A stretch of 64,000 bases of DNA from Octopus sinensis (GCF_006345805.1 NC_043014.1:44888001-44952000); one strand, 5' to 3'; positions 39,089 to 52,222 are shown, counted from the stretch's first letter. Numbers and translations are program-made. The notes: generated by a model not told the origin, from the letters alone.

Positions 39089-39505
39089 TTATTATTATTA
39101 TTATTAATAATATTGTTATTATTATTGTTATTATTATTATTATTATTAATATTATTATTATTATTATTATTAATTATTATTATTATTATTATTATTATTA
39201 TTTATTATTATTATTATACTGTTATTATTATTGTTATTATTATTATTATTTTTATTATTATTATTATTATTAATATTGTTATTATTATTGTTATTGTTGT
39301 TATTATTATCATTATTATTATTAATATTATTATTATTATTATTATTATTTATACTGTTATTATTATTGTTATTATTATTATTTTATTATTATTATATTAT
39401 TATTATTATTAATATTGTTATTATTATTGTTATTGTTGTTATTATTATCATTATTATTATTAATTATTATTATTATTATTATTATATTATTATTATTATT
39501 ATTGC
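39089..39505. repeat. Compound (ATT)n/(GTT)n microsatellite
   Basis: Directly visible. Confidence 0.95.
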
Positions 39506-40044
39506 TGCTGCTGCTGTTGTTTACATTATTGTTGCTCTGTTTTATACAAGCTGCTCCAAGTCTCACCCAGAAACTTCAAGCAACAGCAAGTTAAATGTTT
39601 TATACTATGAGTGTTATTCATGATCAGATATCGTACAAGAAGGAAACCAGAATCTCAGAACTAAATTCCATTATAACCATTATCATTATTACCAGCGTGG
39701 TGGATAGGCAGAATTGTAAGAGCATCAGGCAAAACACCTTACAGTATTTCTTCCAGCTCTGAGTTTAAATAATAGAGAGGTCACCTTTTTGGCATTTCAT
39801 CCTTCTAGGAGTTGATAAAATAAAGTACCAGTCAAATACTGGGATTGATGGCACCGACCATCCTCCTCTCTTCAAAACTGCTGGTCTTGTACTAGAAATC
39901 CTTAATAAGGCAGCAAGCTGGCAGAATCCTTAGCATGTCAAACAAAATGATTAGCAGCACTTTCTCCATCTTTACATTCTAAGTACAAATGCTGTCAAGA
40001 TTGATTATGATTTTCATCCTTTTTTGGGGTTAATAAAATAAGAG

Positions 40045-40305
40045 GGTCGCGGTTTCGATTCCCAGACCGGGCGTTGTGAGTGTTTATTGAGCGAAAACAC
40101 CTAAAGCTCCACGAGGCTCCGGCAGGGGGTGGTGGCGATCCCTGCTGTACTCTTTCGCCACAACTTTCTCTCACTCTTTCTTCTGTTGGCCTGCTTGCTT
40201 AGCCAGCGGCGTGGCGTCATTTAAAGGCTAAAACAATGCGAAACGCGTTGTGACCAGCGATGTGTAACAACATCTGATAGCCTGGTCGGTCACGGTCATC
40301 ACGGT
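40045..40305 (+). mobile_element. 5'-truncated family B SINE nested in a decayed family C SINE
   Basis: Family C sequence (39905-40035) resumes as taaaataagtaccagtc after the insert. Confidence 0.7.
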
Positions 40306-41330
40306 GATAAAATAAGTACCAGTCAAGTAATCCCCCATAATAGTAAAAAGGATTATCATTATTATTATTAAGGCGGTGAGCTGGCAGAATCATTAGCATG
40401 CCAGACAAAAATGCTTAATGGCATTTCATGTCTTTATCTTCTGAGTTCAAATTCTACTAGGGTCAACTTTATCTTTCATACTTTCAGGGTCAATGAAATA
40501 AGTACCAGTTGAGTACTGGGGATGATGTAATCAAATAATGATTTCTCAAATTAACAAAGTGCTATAAAGGATTTTAATCAACTGAATTGGCACTTGTATG
40601 CACGGGATACTTATTTTAATAACCCAAGGTAGATAAAATGTAAATTGATCCCAGCAAAATTTCACTTAATATTTTGAGGTACAAAATTGAATTCTGTAAG
40701 GTATTTAATCCAGTGCTCCATCTTTTTTTACAATTCCACCACTCTCACATGGTAACTAGAAATTATATTGATTTCTGCCTAAAATTTGTTTAAATGAATA
40801 TGTACTGTACGTGATCAAATATACCACAATGTTACAATTTTATTTATTGCACTGAAACTAGAGAGATGAGAGAGAAAAAAAAAACAAAATAAAAACCCCA
40901 CCCCACCATAAAAATCTGAAGTTGGTTCCATTGGGAATTGAACTGAGAAACTCGAACCTCACATCTGCCTGTACAATGATTAAACTACTTCTGTCATCTG
41001 ATAACTAGAATATATCAGTACTTACAGTTTTCAGTTTGTTACTTCCATACTTTTCTCTTAACAGTATATTTCTATAGTTTAGATTGTTCACAGCTTTTTA
41101 GCAGCGTATACTGCCAAGAATATGAATAGGTTCCAATCCATCAAAGGATGATATTATTATCACCACGAAGATAAGTGAGAGCAAACTTGTGAGAATGACA
41201 CAAATATTTTAATTTAAAAGGATAAATCTGTTGGCTTAGGACATCTTTCCTTTAAATAGATTCAATTAAAATAAGAATTTAAAAAGACAAAATTTTTAAT
41301 TGGCAATTTATCAGGCTGGTCTGATCCTAC

Positions 41331-41492
41331 CTTTTTCAATTCTTTCACATGTTGCCTAGCTATATGACCACGAAAGCCGGCTTGAATTTTGGTAGCTGCA
41401 GCAATGGCCTCTGGGTCAGTTAGATCAGTGTCAATATTTGTACCGTTATCAATAAGTTGTAAGACATGCCTGTTTTCAGGTGTTTCATTAAG
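41331..41492 (-). CDS. Internal exon with IQ motif 1 (LNETPENRHVLQLIDNGTNIDTDLTDPEAIAAATKIQAGFRGHIARQHVKELKK), Sp17/GAP-43-like
   Basis: Acceptor gttgcctatag|CTT; donor AAG|gtagga; 162 nt, phase 0-0, open frame. Contains IQxxxRGxxxR and closely resembles, from memory, the Sp17 motif AAVKIQAAFRGHIAR. Absent from the ORF track (under 60 aa). Confidence 0.88.
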
Positions 41493-41709
41493 CTATAGGC
41501 AACATAAATAAGCATGCAATTAGTCATAGTAATGTGTTAACGAAGCTAATACCAGACGGTGGCACCAAATTGTCACAACATTTTGGAAGAAAATTAAAGA
41601 TTATCATATACATACACATACACACATATACATGTCTATACAGACATATACACACACACACACAGACAAATGTACATACATATATGCACACACACATATA
41701 TATATATGT

Positions 41710-42013
41710 GGAGGCGCAATGGTCAATTGGTTAGGGCAGTGGACTCGCAGTCGTAGGATTGTAGTTTCGATTTCCAGACCGGGCGTTTTGAGTGTTTATT
41801 GAGCGAAAACACCTAAAAGCTCCACGAGGCTCCGGCAGGGGGTGGTGATCCCTGCTGTACTCTTTCACCACTCCTTCTCTCACTCTTTCTTCTGTTGGCC
41901 TGCTCGCTTAGCCAGCGGGGTGGCGTCATTCGAAGGCTAAAACAATGCGAACGCGTTGTGACCAGCGATGTGTAGCAACATTTGATGGTCTGGTCGGTCA
42001 CGTGATCACGTGA
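41710..42013 (+). mobile_element. tRNA-derived SINE, family B
   Basis: tRNA-like head GGAGGCGCAATGG...GTTTCGATT; near-identical to 49229-49534 and 40045-40305. Confidence 0.85.
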
Positions 42014-42499
42014 TATATATATATGTATGTATGTATACACACACATCTATATGAATACACATACATAAACATACAGACACACACACACACAATATATATA
42101 TGTTTGCTGCTTCGCAACCACATAGTCTTAGAATAAGTCCCTTTTACAACACTTTAGGCAAGTGTTTTCCATAGCTTTGGCTAATTAATATCTTAGGAGT
42201 GAATTTGATAGATGGACACTGAGCAGTGGCCCATCATATATACATGTATATATGTGTGTCTTTCTGTATACACACACATATATACATCCAGATATACATG
42301 TATACAGACACATATGTATACACCACTCCACTCACACACACACACACAAACATATGAAATGCAGTACCAGTACTCAGCTGGTACTTTTACAGCTGAGTAG
42401 ACTGGAGTAATGTGAATTGAAATGCCTTGTTGAAGGACACATCATGCCATGTGTGTAAAGGATCGAACGCACTACCTTATGATCATGAACCGAAAACTG

Positions 42500-42950
42500 A
42501 AACTATCAGGCCACATGCCTTCACACAAACAGTTATACACATGCATAAATATACATATATTTATATACACTTACATACGTATACATACACATACATACAT
42601 ATTCATAAATATATATGTATATAGACACACAGATATATATATCCATAAGTGTACACACACACACAAACACATCCATCTATCCATCCACCCATACATATAT
42701 ATAAATACATGCATATATACAAAATATATTTTCACACACACACACATACACACATATTATATGTATGTGTGTGTGTGTGTATATATATATATTTCTTTTA
42801 TTAATATATATATATATACACACATATACATACATACATACATACATAAATACATACATATATACATACATACATACATACATAAATACATACATAAATA
42901 CATACATATATACATACATACATACATATATACATGTACATATACACATT
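42500..42950. repeat. Compound (TACA)n/(CA)n/(TA)n low-complexity tract
   Basis: Directly visible. Confidence 0.85.
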
Positions 42951-43717
42951 ACTCGCAGCACACATGCACAGAGAGGTTTTGATTATGTAGTACAAAAACA
43001 TAAAAATCACACAATAGGACTTTGTCTCGAGATGCTGTAACATCTGATATGTGTTTATTTACGTATACAAAACATGAAAAATAAATCCTTGAACCATGGT
43101 GTTTTTTTTTTTTTTCTCAATCATACTTTTTGTTGACTGTGTTTGCGAACAGGTTGAAAAGAAAAGAAAGAGAACAACTGTTAGCAGTATAAACGCTGAA
43201 AGTGGTATAAGCGATACACTTTCTGATAAGGGAAGGAAATGTTTTGCTAGACTGGTTTTTAAACGAAGGCTGTAAAATGGGTTATACTATATCACATTTT
43301 TCTTACCAGGGAGGCCACTAGATGATGATGGCAAGTAACTGACTTCTGTAAAACCAATGCTGTGAACCATTTCCTCTCCCTAAGCGGAAAATATTTCTCA
43401 AAAGGCTTAAAATTCCATGTAAATGTCACATAATATTGGAGTACAAATAGCTAGCTGCATGAAGGACATATCTTGTGCTTTTAGAAGCCACAATGCAAAC
43501 ACTGCAAACAAGAGCAGAATGAAGCAAGCCGTGTAATTATTGAAATATCGGGCTCTGATCCTCATGGGGCAAATGAGTACTAACAGGTATTTTATAGCCT
43601 GTTGATGTTTTCAACAATAAGACATCAACATGGTACATGAGGTTTACAGAACTCGCCGTTAAAAAGTTGCCTGGACAAACACGGCTGCACGTTTCAAAAA
43701 TATTACAGTGCTTTTAA

Positions 43718-43938
43718 CCCTTTTGTTACCAACCCAGCCAAAACCGGCTCTGGCTCTGTAGTACAAATGTCTTGTTTTCATAAGTTTTGAATTAAAATAT
43801 ACCACCAAACCTTAGTAGCAATTTATATTCCTAATACTAGCTTAATGATAACTAAGTTATTTTACTAAATTATTTGTTATATCTAAAGTAACTGAAAGAA
43901 ACACAGAGCATCTCAAAATAAATACAATAACGAAAGGG
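43718..43938. mobile_element. piggyBac-like MITE (opposite orientation to the 5320 copy)
   Basis: TTAA flanks; CCCTTT/AAAGGG termini. Confidence 0.8.
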
Positions 43939-44350
43939 TTAAAGCATGTTTTTTGGAAATTGAGAGGCAAAGGGGAAGCAAGCAACAATCAGTTTTACAT
44001 GAGGCAGAAACATTTAGCAACATATCAAAGTGGCATGAGCTTGTTTTACAGGGAAATTGCAGATCAGGTACCGCTCTACCCCAATCTTGAAGGAAAAAAC
44101 AAAACAACCTTGGTTTGATATACTGACACAGGTTCAAATTCTTCTGCTTGAATTTCAAAGATGTATGAAGAATAACAAGACGATAATTGACTCCAATCAT
44201 TTCCTGCACTTGCTGCACTTAAGACTGCTAACAGATGTTCTCTGTCTTTTCTTTCCAATCCGCTGTGTACATCATAACTCAATATTTGTAGTGTATTCTA
44301 AGTCTCCTTTCGGATGGTGTTTGTGACATTTATGTATATAGCAGCAGTAC

Positions 44351-44403
44351 CAAAGCAGTAGCTAAGCTTTGTAGATGCTCAACAGGTGAAATATTTTCTA
44401 GGC
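44351..44403 (-). CDS. Candidate exon ([S]LENISPVEHLQSLATAL), phase 1 to 0
   Basis: Acceptor ttccttttcag|GC; weaker donor TTG|gtactg; 53 nt. Restores frame after the 61-nt candidate. Confidence 0.33.
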
Positions 44404-44455
44404 CTGAAAAGGAATCCTTGTCTGTGGGGTGCAATTTTTTCAACCTTGTATCAAT

Positions 44456-44482
44456 GAGAGATGAGAGAGAGAGGGAGAGAGG

Positions 44483-44573
<91 letters not shown>
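44456..44573. repeat. (GA)n microsatellite
   Basis: Directly visible. Confidence 0.95.
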
Positions 44574-44576
<3 letters not shown>

Positions 44577-44719
44577 TTCAACACAAATTTTGATGCCAAT
44601 TATTTGTTGAAATTTTGAAGACTTTAGTTGTCGTTTTTATGTAAATCTTGGTTATGTTAATCAAGCAGATCTATGTCAAATAAGATGTCAGTAAAAGATC
44701 AGGTGTAAATCTCAGAAAT

Positions 44720-45600
44720 ACTTCTCTTTTTGGTGGAAGACCACACTGTGCATTCTAACATGCAGTGGTTTATTGTACGGTGTGCTGTTTGGCAGTCTGG
44801 GCATGCTACATCTTTTACTACACACCAAGTCATTCGCTTGCTGTTGAAGCGTACCATTGTTGCTTGAAATTATTACTGTGACATGGAATGTTTTGCAACT
44901 GTTGTCAGAGTTATTGATATTGCTAATTACTTTGCACAGTGTTCCACTGCTTCTTTTGTGATTTAAATTGAATAGAGAAATATTCAATAGTTTTCTGATT
45001 TCTTTGATTTTGTTTCTTGGTTTTAGCTTCTTGGTGTGGAGTATTAATTATTTCTGTTGTGCATAGTATTGGTGTGCACTGAGGTCGGTTATTTTGCATG
45101 TATAATTACAGTTCTATATTTTATGATGCATTTTACAGTATGCTTTTTTGAACTTTTACAATTATTTTGTTGAATGCTGCACAGCGGTGTCTACATTGCT
45201 ATGTATGGTGTTGTGGTACCAATGAGCCAGATGCATAATTTTATGTATCTGTCCAGATTGAGCCAGTGTGTCTTGTCTTATGGTATTGTGAATATCATGT
45301 GTTATGTTTAAGGTGATTTTTATCCAGTCTTTACTCTTTATAATGTGATGTTTAGCTTTCTTTGTGTTGTGCAATTATGAGGTACATCACCAATTTTAGT
45401 TGTTCTCTGTAATTTGTGAGTGAAATGATTGAGATGGGTGTCTTGGTTAATTTCGATGCTTAGTACTGTATGAGGTGAGGTTGCTTTGAAGTCATGAACT
45501 ATTGTTGGAACATAATGGAAGCATTTTTGATATGTTTTGTCATGTTGTATTTTGTTGTTTTGGGTTACATTTAAATTAGGATTGCTTTTTTAAAAACTTT
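44720..45600 (-). mobile_element. Decayed LINE 3' region with CCHC zinc knuckle
   Basis: Minus translation VACPDCQTAHRTINHCMLECTVW = C-x2-C-x8-H-x4-C, typical of LINE ORF2 C-termini. Boundaries approximate. Confidence 0.45.
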
Positions 45601-45959
45601 TCATTAGTATTTATGAGACTCCTATCTTTCTAATTTACTATTTGTTTTTAATACAGTCAACACCAATGATTTGTTGTGGTGCACCTGAGCACTGTATACA
45701 ATAATTTCATTATTATTATTTTTATTATTATTTTCTCAACAATGGTTGATTTTCATGCTTGTTTGTTTGTTTTATTGTGCCAACTTTTCAATGTTCCTGT
45801 CATGACTACACTATTTCTTTTCCTGACATAATGCATTCGGGGTTCAGCAAATCTTCTACTGTTTAAGGTAACAGTGTGTGATTTGAGAGAAATTAAGCTG
45901 CTAATTCTAATAACAAGTCAAGTAGCTGCATAAAGGCTCCCTCAACATGAGTTGAGCAT

Positions 45960-46860
45960 TGCTATGTATATGTAGGGTATCAGTCAAGACTTTCCAGAAG
46001 TGTAGTGAGTGTTTCTTGCTATATTTTAAGAAGATGAAGCTATTTGCTCTCACTAAAAGTTGTCTTTGCGGTCTTTGTTCATGTAAGCAGTGTATGTTTT
46101 GGAAAGAGGTATCTAGTTTATGCGTGGATGATGCTCATCATGTAAAATTAAGAAAGAGTTAAAGATGATATCCTTTGAGTTATGAGTGTGTGTAGTTAGA
46201 AAACCAGGCAAGTCATTAATGTGAAAATGTGTGTGGAAGACAGTTAAACCTTGGAGTATACCAAAGTTGACAGAGTGTCAGTTAGAACTCAGTAGTCAGT
46301 GCAGGCTATCAAGAAATTTCCATTCCAAGAATTAGAGATGGCTAAAATTTATGGGCAGGTTTCCACATCAGATATGGTTAAAGGCTTTGCTAATAATGAG
46401 AGCAACAACATTGCTGTCACCAAAGTTTTCAGGAATGGAAGGTCTTTGATATAGGAAGGAGTTCAAATCCCCAGATTCATTGATTGAAAAAAGAGGAGAA
46501 CTCAAGACAAGGAAAGAAGTTAATGGTAACAACTATTTACATTCCCTTTGGGATGTTTGAAGTGAGGGTGACAGGTCATTAGTTGTCTTTTTGGCAATAG
46601 GACACACTGTTAAATTTCCTTAAATTCAGACGACTCCTTGTAAAGAGAAAAATATTGGAGAGTTTGGCAAATATAGTACTGAACACACTGTTTGATATAA
46701 ATGACAGTGCTGCATAGAATGAGGAAGTAGAGTTAGAAATGAGTTTGGTTGTGTATGTGTAGTGTAGAGTCAGAAATGAAATGGTTTCCAAATACAATAG
46801 TTTGATCAGGAGGAACACACAAGCAGCAACGATATCAAAGCTTTTATATGGTTAAGCAAC
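45960..46860 (-). mobile_element. Decayed CR1/L2-group LINE reverse-transcriptase region
   Basis: Minus translation ENFGDSNVVALIISKAFNHI* (cf. VALDISKAFDRVW) and NFGILQGLTV...HINDLP (cf. GVPQGSVL...INDL). Confidence 0.7.
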
Positions 46861-47181
46861 AATATGCACGCAAATGGCATTAAAAAAGTTGGCAGCTATT
46901 ATTGAGATCTTAGATTGTGTAAATATCTTATCAGTGTGAACTAGAAGTGAGCACGCGATATATTTGGCATCAGCATTGTCCCAAAGAAAGCACGGTTAAA
47001 TACTTTGTTAAATAAAACTTGTACTGGGAATAGAATAACTTACAGACACACACAACCATGCAACATTCATAAAACCTGCGAGATCAAATGGTCAGCATGA
47101 ACCCTGTCAGTCAACAATATCAGTTAACTGATTACCAATTGTTTAACCACCAGCTATGAAAGAGATGTACTGATTACTTAC

Positions 47182-47242
47182 TGGTGGGTGATGCGTACAT
47201 CTTTCCTTCTTCATGGAAACATTCGTGTCCAACACTTGTAAG
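47182..47242 (-). CDS. Candidate exon (LTSVGHECFHEEGKMYASPT+1 nt), phase 0 to 1
   Basis: Acceptor ttattatttgttag|CTT; consensus donor |gtaagt; 61-nt open frame. Phase is complemented by candidate 44351-44403. Confidence 0.45.
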
Positions 47243-47348
47243 CTAACAAATAATAACACTTATAACATTGAACCATATTTTCCCATTTAACTATAAATTT
47301 GTGGATTGAACTGGCAAAAAATAAAGAGCAAGGTGGTTGACCATCTGT

Positions 47349-47390
<42 letters not shown>

Positions 47391-48588
47391 ATACACACAT
47401 ACCACAAGATAACTTGTAAATATTTTCTGTTATGTGGTATATTAGAGGCCTATTCTTCCCATTTGTTTCATTCACCTAGCTATAAAGTCATAACACTGAC
47501 TACCTGTTGAGTCATTGTGCATTCTAAATGATTAGATATATTGCTTAGATAAACTAAATTTCACTGTACAAGTGCTCATGTGTGTCTACTATAAACGTTT
47601 ATATATATATATACACACTCTTTATGTTCATGTACACCCTAAATATTTGTGATGTTTGCCAACTGTTTGCCAAGGAATGTAATGAAGGGAAATATATTGA
47701 AATTCTAATAATACATGGTGCATGGTAGGCAAAATTTTAAATGGAATTCACTGAATGTATTTTTGATTACATTTTCTCCTTTTTCTCTTTCCCTTTATTA
47801 TCTCCTACTCATGTTATTCAGCTGATATTATGGATTCATTTTAAAAGGTAAAATATATTTAGATTAACAATAGTCAACCTGACTCAATACCAACAAAACA
47901 CGCTAACAAATAAACTACATGCAATTCTGTATCAGGAGAAACATTTTAGAATAACCATTATTGGCTGTTCTCTCCATGTTGTTCTGCAGTCATTTTCCTC
48001 TTTTTCTTTTCCTTTTTTTTTTGTTGTTGTTAAATAACAAATACAACAAACAAGACAAAAGGTTCATTGAATAATTGTTTTCACTGAATGTCTCACATAT
48101 ACAATACAAGGAGAGATGCTAGCTAAAGGATAGATACATTCTTTGAGAATTTTATTCTGGGACCATTGTGTTGTTAGTTAATAATAATGGCATTGTTATT
48201 TCCTATCAACTGTGATTGCTTCGACTGGAGAGAGAAAATGTTAACTAAGAAAGAGAGTGACATTTGTGTGCAGGAGTTATTCAAAATATGCTTATTACAA
48301 ACCTTTTGAAAGTGTATATTTGTAAGCTGTGGTGACATAGTTTACTGAACCGACTCTTGTCTGTTATTGCCTATGCTTATTGAGATTAACTAGAAACAAA
48401 GTAAATCCCAGCAGATTTTGAACTTGGAACAGGGAAGTGCTGGACTAAATAAAACAAAGTATTTCATTTAACATTCCACTTTTGGCTATGTCTGCATGCT
48501 CATATGTAGGAGTGTGTATATGCATATGCAGACATAGATTTATATGCATAAGTATATGTAGAGAGTGTTCATTAGTCGTAGCAATAAA

Positions 48589-48987
48589 TCTCTATATATA
48601 TAAAGCTGAAGTTGTCTGTGTATGGCAGGTTTGGTAGCCTTCAACTAGCACTATTTCCTCCGAGATCTTGCGACGCAAGTTGACTAAAATTGAGAGTATG
48701 ATACAAGAAGGCTTGCTCTTCCTTTCGTAGAAGAAAAAATTCAAATCAGACCATGTTAACACCAAAAATTATTTACATAAAAAAGGTGCTTTTTTTCCTA
48801 TGAAAATCCCTATTTTTTACGATTTTTTTATTGCTGTGTCGCCATTTTTCGGTGTATTTCAACCAGAAAAATGTTCACTTAAAGAGAATAACAAGCTACA
48901 TAATGCAAAATTTTTACTTTTCAAAAATTCCAATTCTAAAGGGTCGAAAAGAAAACAAGCCTGAGCAACGCTGGGCTATACTGCTAG
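48589..48987 (+). mobile_element. Non-autonomous Helitron, family 1
   Basis: Same sequence as 3340-3726; TC...CTAG termini; A|T insertion site. Confidence 0.8.
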
Positions 48988-49228
48988 TATTTAAATAAAA
49001 TCACTTGAATCTTTCAGTGACTATGACTATGAAAGTATGCATATATTTAAGATAGTCCCCTTGTTTATCAGTTTTCTTTTGGTCGTTACTTTTACAGTAT
49101 CAATACTACTTTTAACTAGACCATCATTTTTTTTTTATATACATTTCTAGAGTTTCCTTTGACCATGTATGTAACCAAATTAATGTAGTCTGGTCTACAG
49201 TATTTTGGAGGAATATATGTAACATTGT

Positions 49229-49534
49229 GGAGACGCAATGGCCCAGTGGTTAGGGCAGCGGACTCGCGGTTGTAGGATTGCGGTTTCGATTCCCAGACCG
49301 GGCGTTGTGAGTGTTTATTGAGCGAAAACACCTAAAGCTCCACGAGGCTCCGGCAGGGAGTGGTGGCGATCCTTGCTGTACTCTTTCGCCAAAACTTTCT
49401 CTCACTCTTTCTTCTGTTGGCCTGTGCGCTTAGCCAGCGGGGTGGCATCACTTGAAGGCTAAAACAATGCAAAGCGCATTGTGACCAGCGATGTGTAGCA
49501 ACATATGATAGCCTGGTCGGTCACGGTGATCACA
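49229..49534 (+). mobile_element. tRNA-derived SINE, family B
   Basis: Same family; flanking direct repeat atatgtaacatt is a probable TSD. Confidence 0.85.
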
Positions 49535-49917
49535 GTAATATGTAACATTAGAACCAGTTTTCACTACTATCAAGCACTTCGTGCAAATTTCATTATACAA
49601 CAAATGAACACATGTACAAACATGCAACACACAACACCCACCCACACACAACACATTATATTGTAGAACATTTCCCCCATCATTCTGATTGTGAATTACA
49701 TTTGTCTCAGCACCTTCTGAGTGTATGTTTCTGTAGCAATGCCAAACAGTATTACTGCAATCACATTTCTGATCTCTTGTCTGGGAAAACATCCTGTCAA
49801 ACCATCTTAATGGTGTCATGTAGCTATCTTCCTTTTACCATTAGATAAAGATTATCTTTTCTTTGGTATCTGCTTACACCTTTCCTACATATACAAATCT
49901 CTCTCTCTCTCTCTATG

Positions 49918-49991
<74 letters not shown>

Positions 49992-50263
49992 CATATATAT
50001 ATAAATTTTGAACTGAGGATTTTACTCCTACTCAAGTTTCAGGTTCCATAATCTTTCAGTAACTTGAAAGATCATATACCATGAAATGTAAGTCGTGGCC
50101 AAATCCTCAATTTAAATAATTTATAAATAAACTCTATGCTATGTATTAAGTATTATCTTCTTTTGTTTAAAAACTGTAATATTTGGATATATAACATCTT
50201 CGTCCAACACCATTTATTTATTTATAATACACAAATTACTGCACATTAACCAGGAGTTTCTAC

Positions 50264-50311
50264 CTTTGAATAGGTCGCTTCATCCGTGTTACTGGCGTGA
50301 ATTTTGCTACC
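50264..50311 (-). CDS. Candidate exon (GSKIHASNTDEATYSK), or alternative first exon from ATG at 50338
   Basis: Donor AAG|gtagaa in phase 0. Weak acceptor ttaccag|GGT gives 48 nt. The frame is open upstream to ATG GAA AAT (MENSINSYQ...). Confidence 0.3.
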
Positions 50312-50371
50312 CTGGTAACTGTTTATTGAATTTTCCATGTTAACGGTAAACAAAGGATAATTCATTCATCC

Positions 50372-50405
<34 letters not shown>

Positions 50406-51021
50406 TGCAGTGATTTCTATTCCAGAATTAAACTGATAAGTCATGAATTAAAGTTAACAATAACCATGTTTACGTTTATGGTAATTAAAAATTAAGTTAA
50501 ATAGTTTTCTCTTTCTCCCTACCTCTCTTCATCTACATTTCATCAATGTAGACATTTTTAAGTTGAACTGGTGTATTTTCAATTTCTGATAAATAAATAC
50601 TATTAATTATTGATGTTTTAACTGTTGAAAGTAGACAGTAGGTAAACAGTTAAAAGATTATGTTTAGTTAGTAGCACTCATGTGTTGCAGGCTAGGTAAA
50701 TGGTAAATGAAAGAAATACATTTTACTGCCATAGTATGCAATAAGAACCTTTGTGCTTGATGTGTAATTTGCTAGTTTGTTGTGTTGTACATAAATCTTA
50801 CCACTGGTCAAAACTTACAAGAGACAGGCAACTTATTCTTAATGCCATGAAAACTGGGCTACACTCAAGTGCTCTCTGTGATGTCTGATTATGGCACAAG
50901 ATTTAAAACCAAGAATACTACACCATTGTCATAATGTCCCTTAACTCCAAAGTACCTTAACAACAAAGTCCCTTTTTTACAATGTGTCTCGGTTACAAAG
51001 TATTATTATTGGAACATATCT

Positions 51022-51240
51022 GTTTCTTTATTACCCACAAGGGGCTAAACATAGAGGGGACAAACAAACGGATTAAGTCGATTACATCGACCCCAGTGTG
51101 TAACTGGTACTTAATTTATCGACCCTGAAGGATGACAGGCAAAGTCGACCTCGGTGGAATTTGAACTCAGAACGTAGCGACGGCCGAAATACCACGAAGC
51201 ATTTCGCCTGGCGTGCTAACGTCTCTGCCAGCTCGCCGCC
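51022..51240 (-). mobile_element. SINE family C with 16-bp TSD
   Basis: ttattggaacatatct at 51006-51021 and 51241-51256. Confidence 0.88.
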
Positions 51241-52222
51241 TTATTGGAACATATCTTTACTTCAATGTACTTCAATCAAAAAGCATCAAGATGATATGGT
51301 CGAACTGTATGGTACTGGTAATGTAATTTACTTTAAAAATAAAACACCTTGACAACAATATCATCTTTAGTAATGAAAATTGACTGTAGTGCAATGTTCC
51401 TTAAAGTACCCTAACAAAAGGATATTATGACTGAAATGTGCCTTGATTATATAGTTTCACTACAGTAATACATCTCAACTCCATGACACTTCAATTATAA
51501 GACGTCATAAATCTGTTTACTTCATGGATTATTTTTGAAGGAAATAAGATCTTATGTTGAAGAATTTATAAGCTTTGAATATTGCGACTACATTTTGCCT
51601 AAAACTTTGTCAGACAAATTTATATATTTTCTAAACTAATTAATCTGTTTCCTTTCATGCCACTGAGAATTGTAGTATCAGAATTTGGTTCCATTAATAG
51701 ACAACCTAGCAAAACTCAATTTTGAGATGCTGTAAAATTACCCAACTGAATAATTATTTAATTCTCTGGTCTGAAATAAGTATCTACCAACCAACCAACA
51801 AGCCAACCAACCAACCTCAAGGAAGGAATTTATAGCAAAAAGCAAAAAATAAGCGAAAGTAAAACGTAGGCAGGGAGAATATTTTAGATGGTTACAGAGC
51901 TGAAGAGAGAAAGGGTTAAGATAGTCTATTAGTGAGGGGTTTAGGGAATGAAATACAGTAAGAATGATAGGGAATTTAGATGGGTATGATACAAAGATTG
52001 CGAGTTCAGAGAGGCAGACACCATTGAAGTAGAGGTGGAAGGGAGATGGAAAGAGGAACTAACTGGTATGGGATAATGATTGTATACTACTGTATAGTGG
52101 TGAGTGAATCTTTGCCAATTAACAAGACAGTCAGTTTTTGGAGGTGGTCTACAATACTTGATAAAGGATTTAGTTTCCTTTTTTGATATATATACACACA
52201 CACATGCATACAAATATATATA

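Noticed and set aside
41710-41785. tRNA-like heads of SINEs (also 49229, 11093, 63247)
   Set aside because: They continue into SINE bodies, have imperfect cloverleaves and lack a Pol III T-run right after, so they are not tRNA genes.
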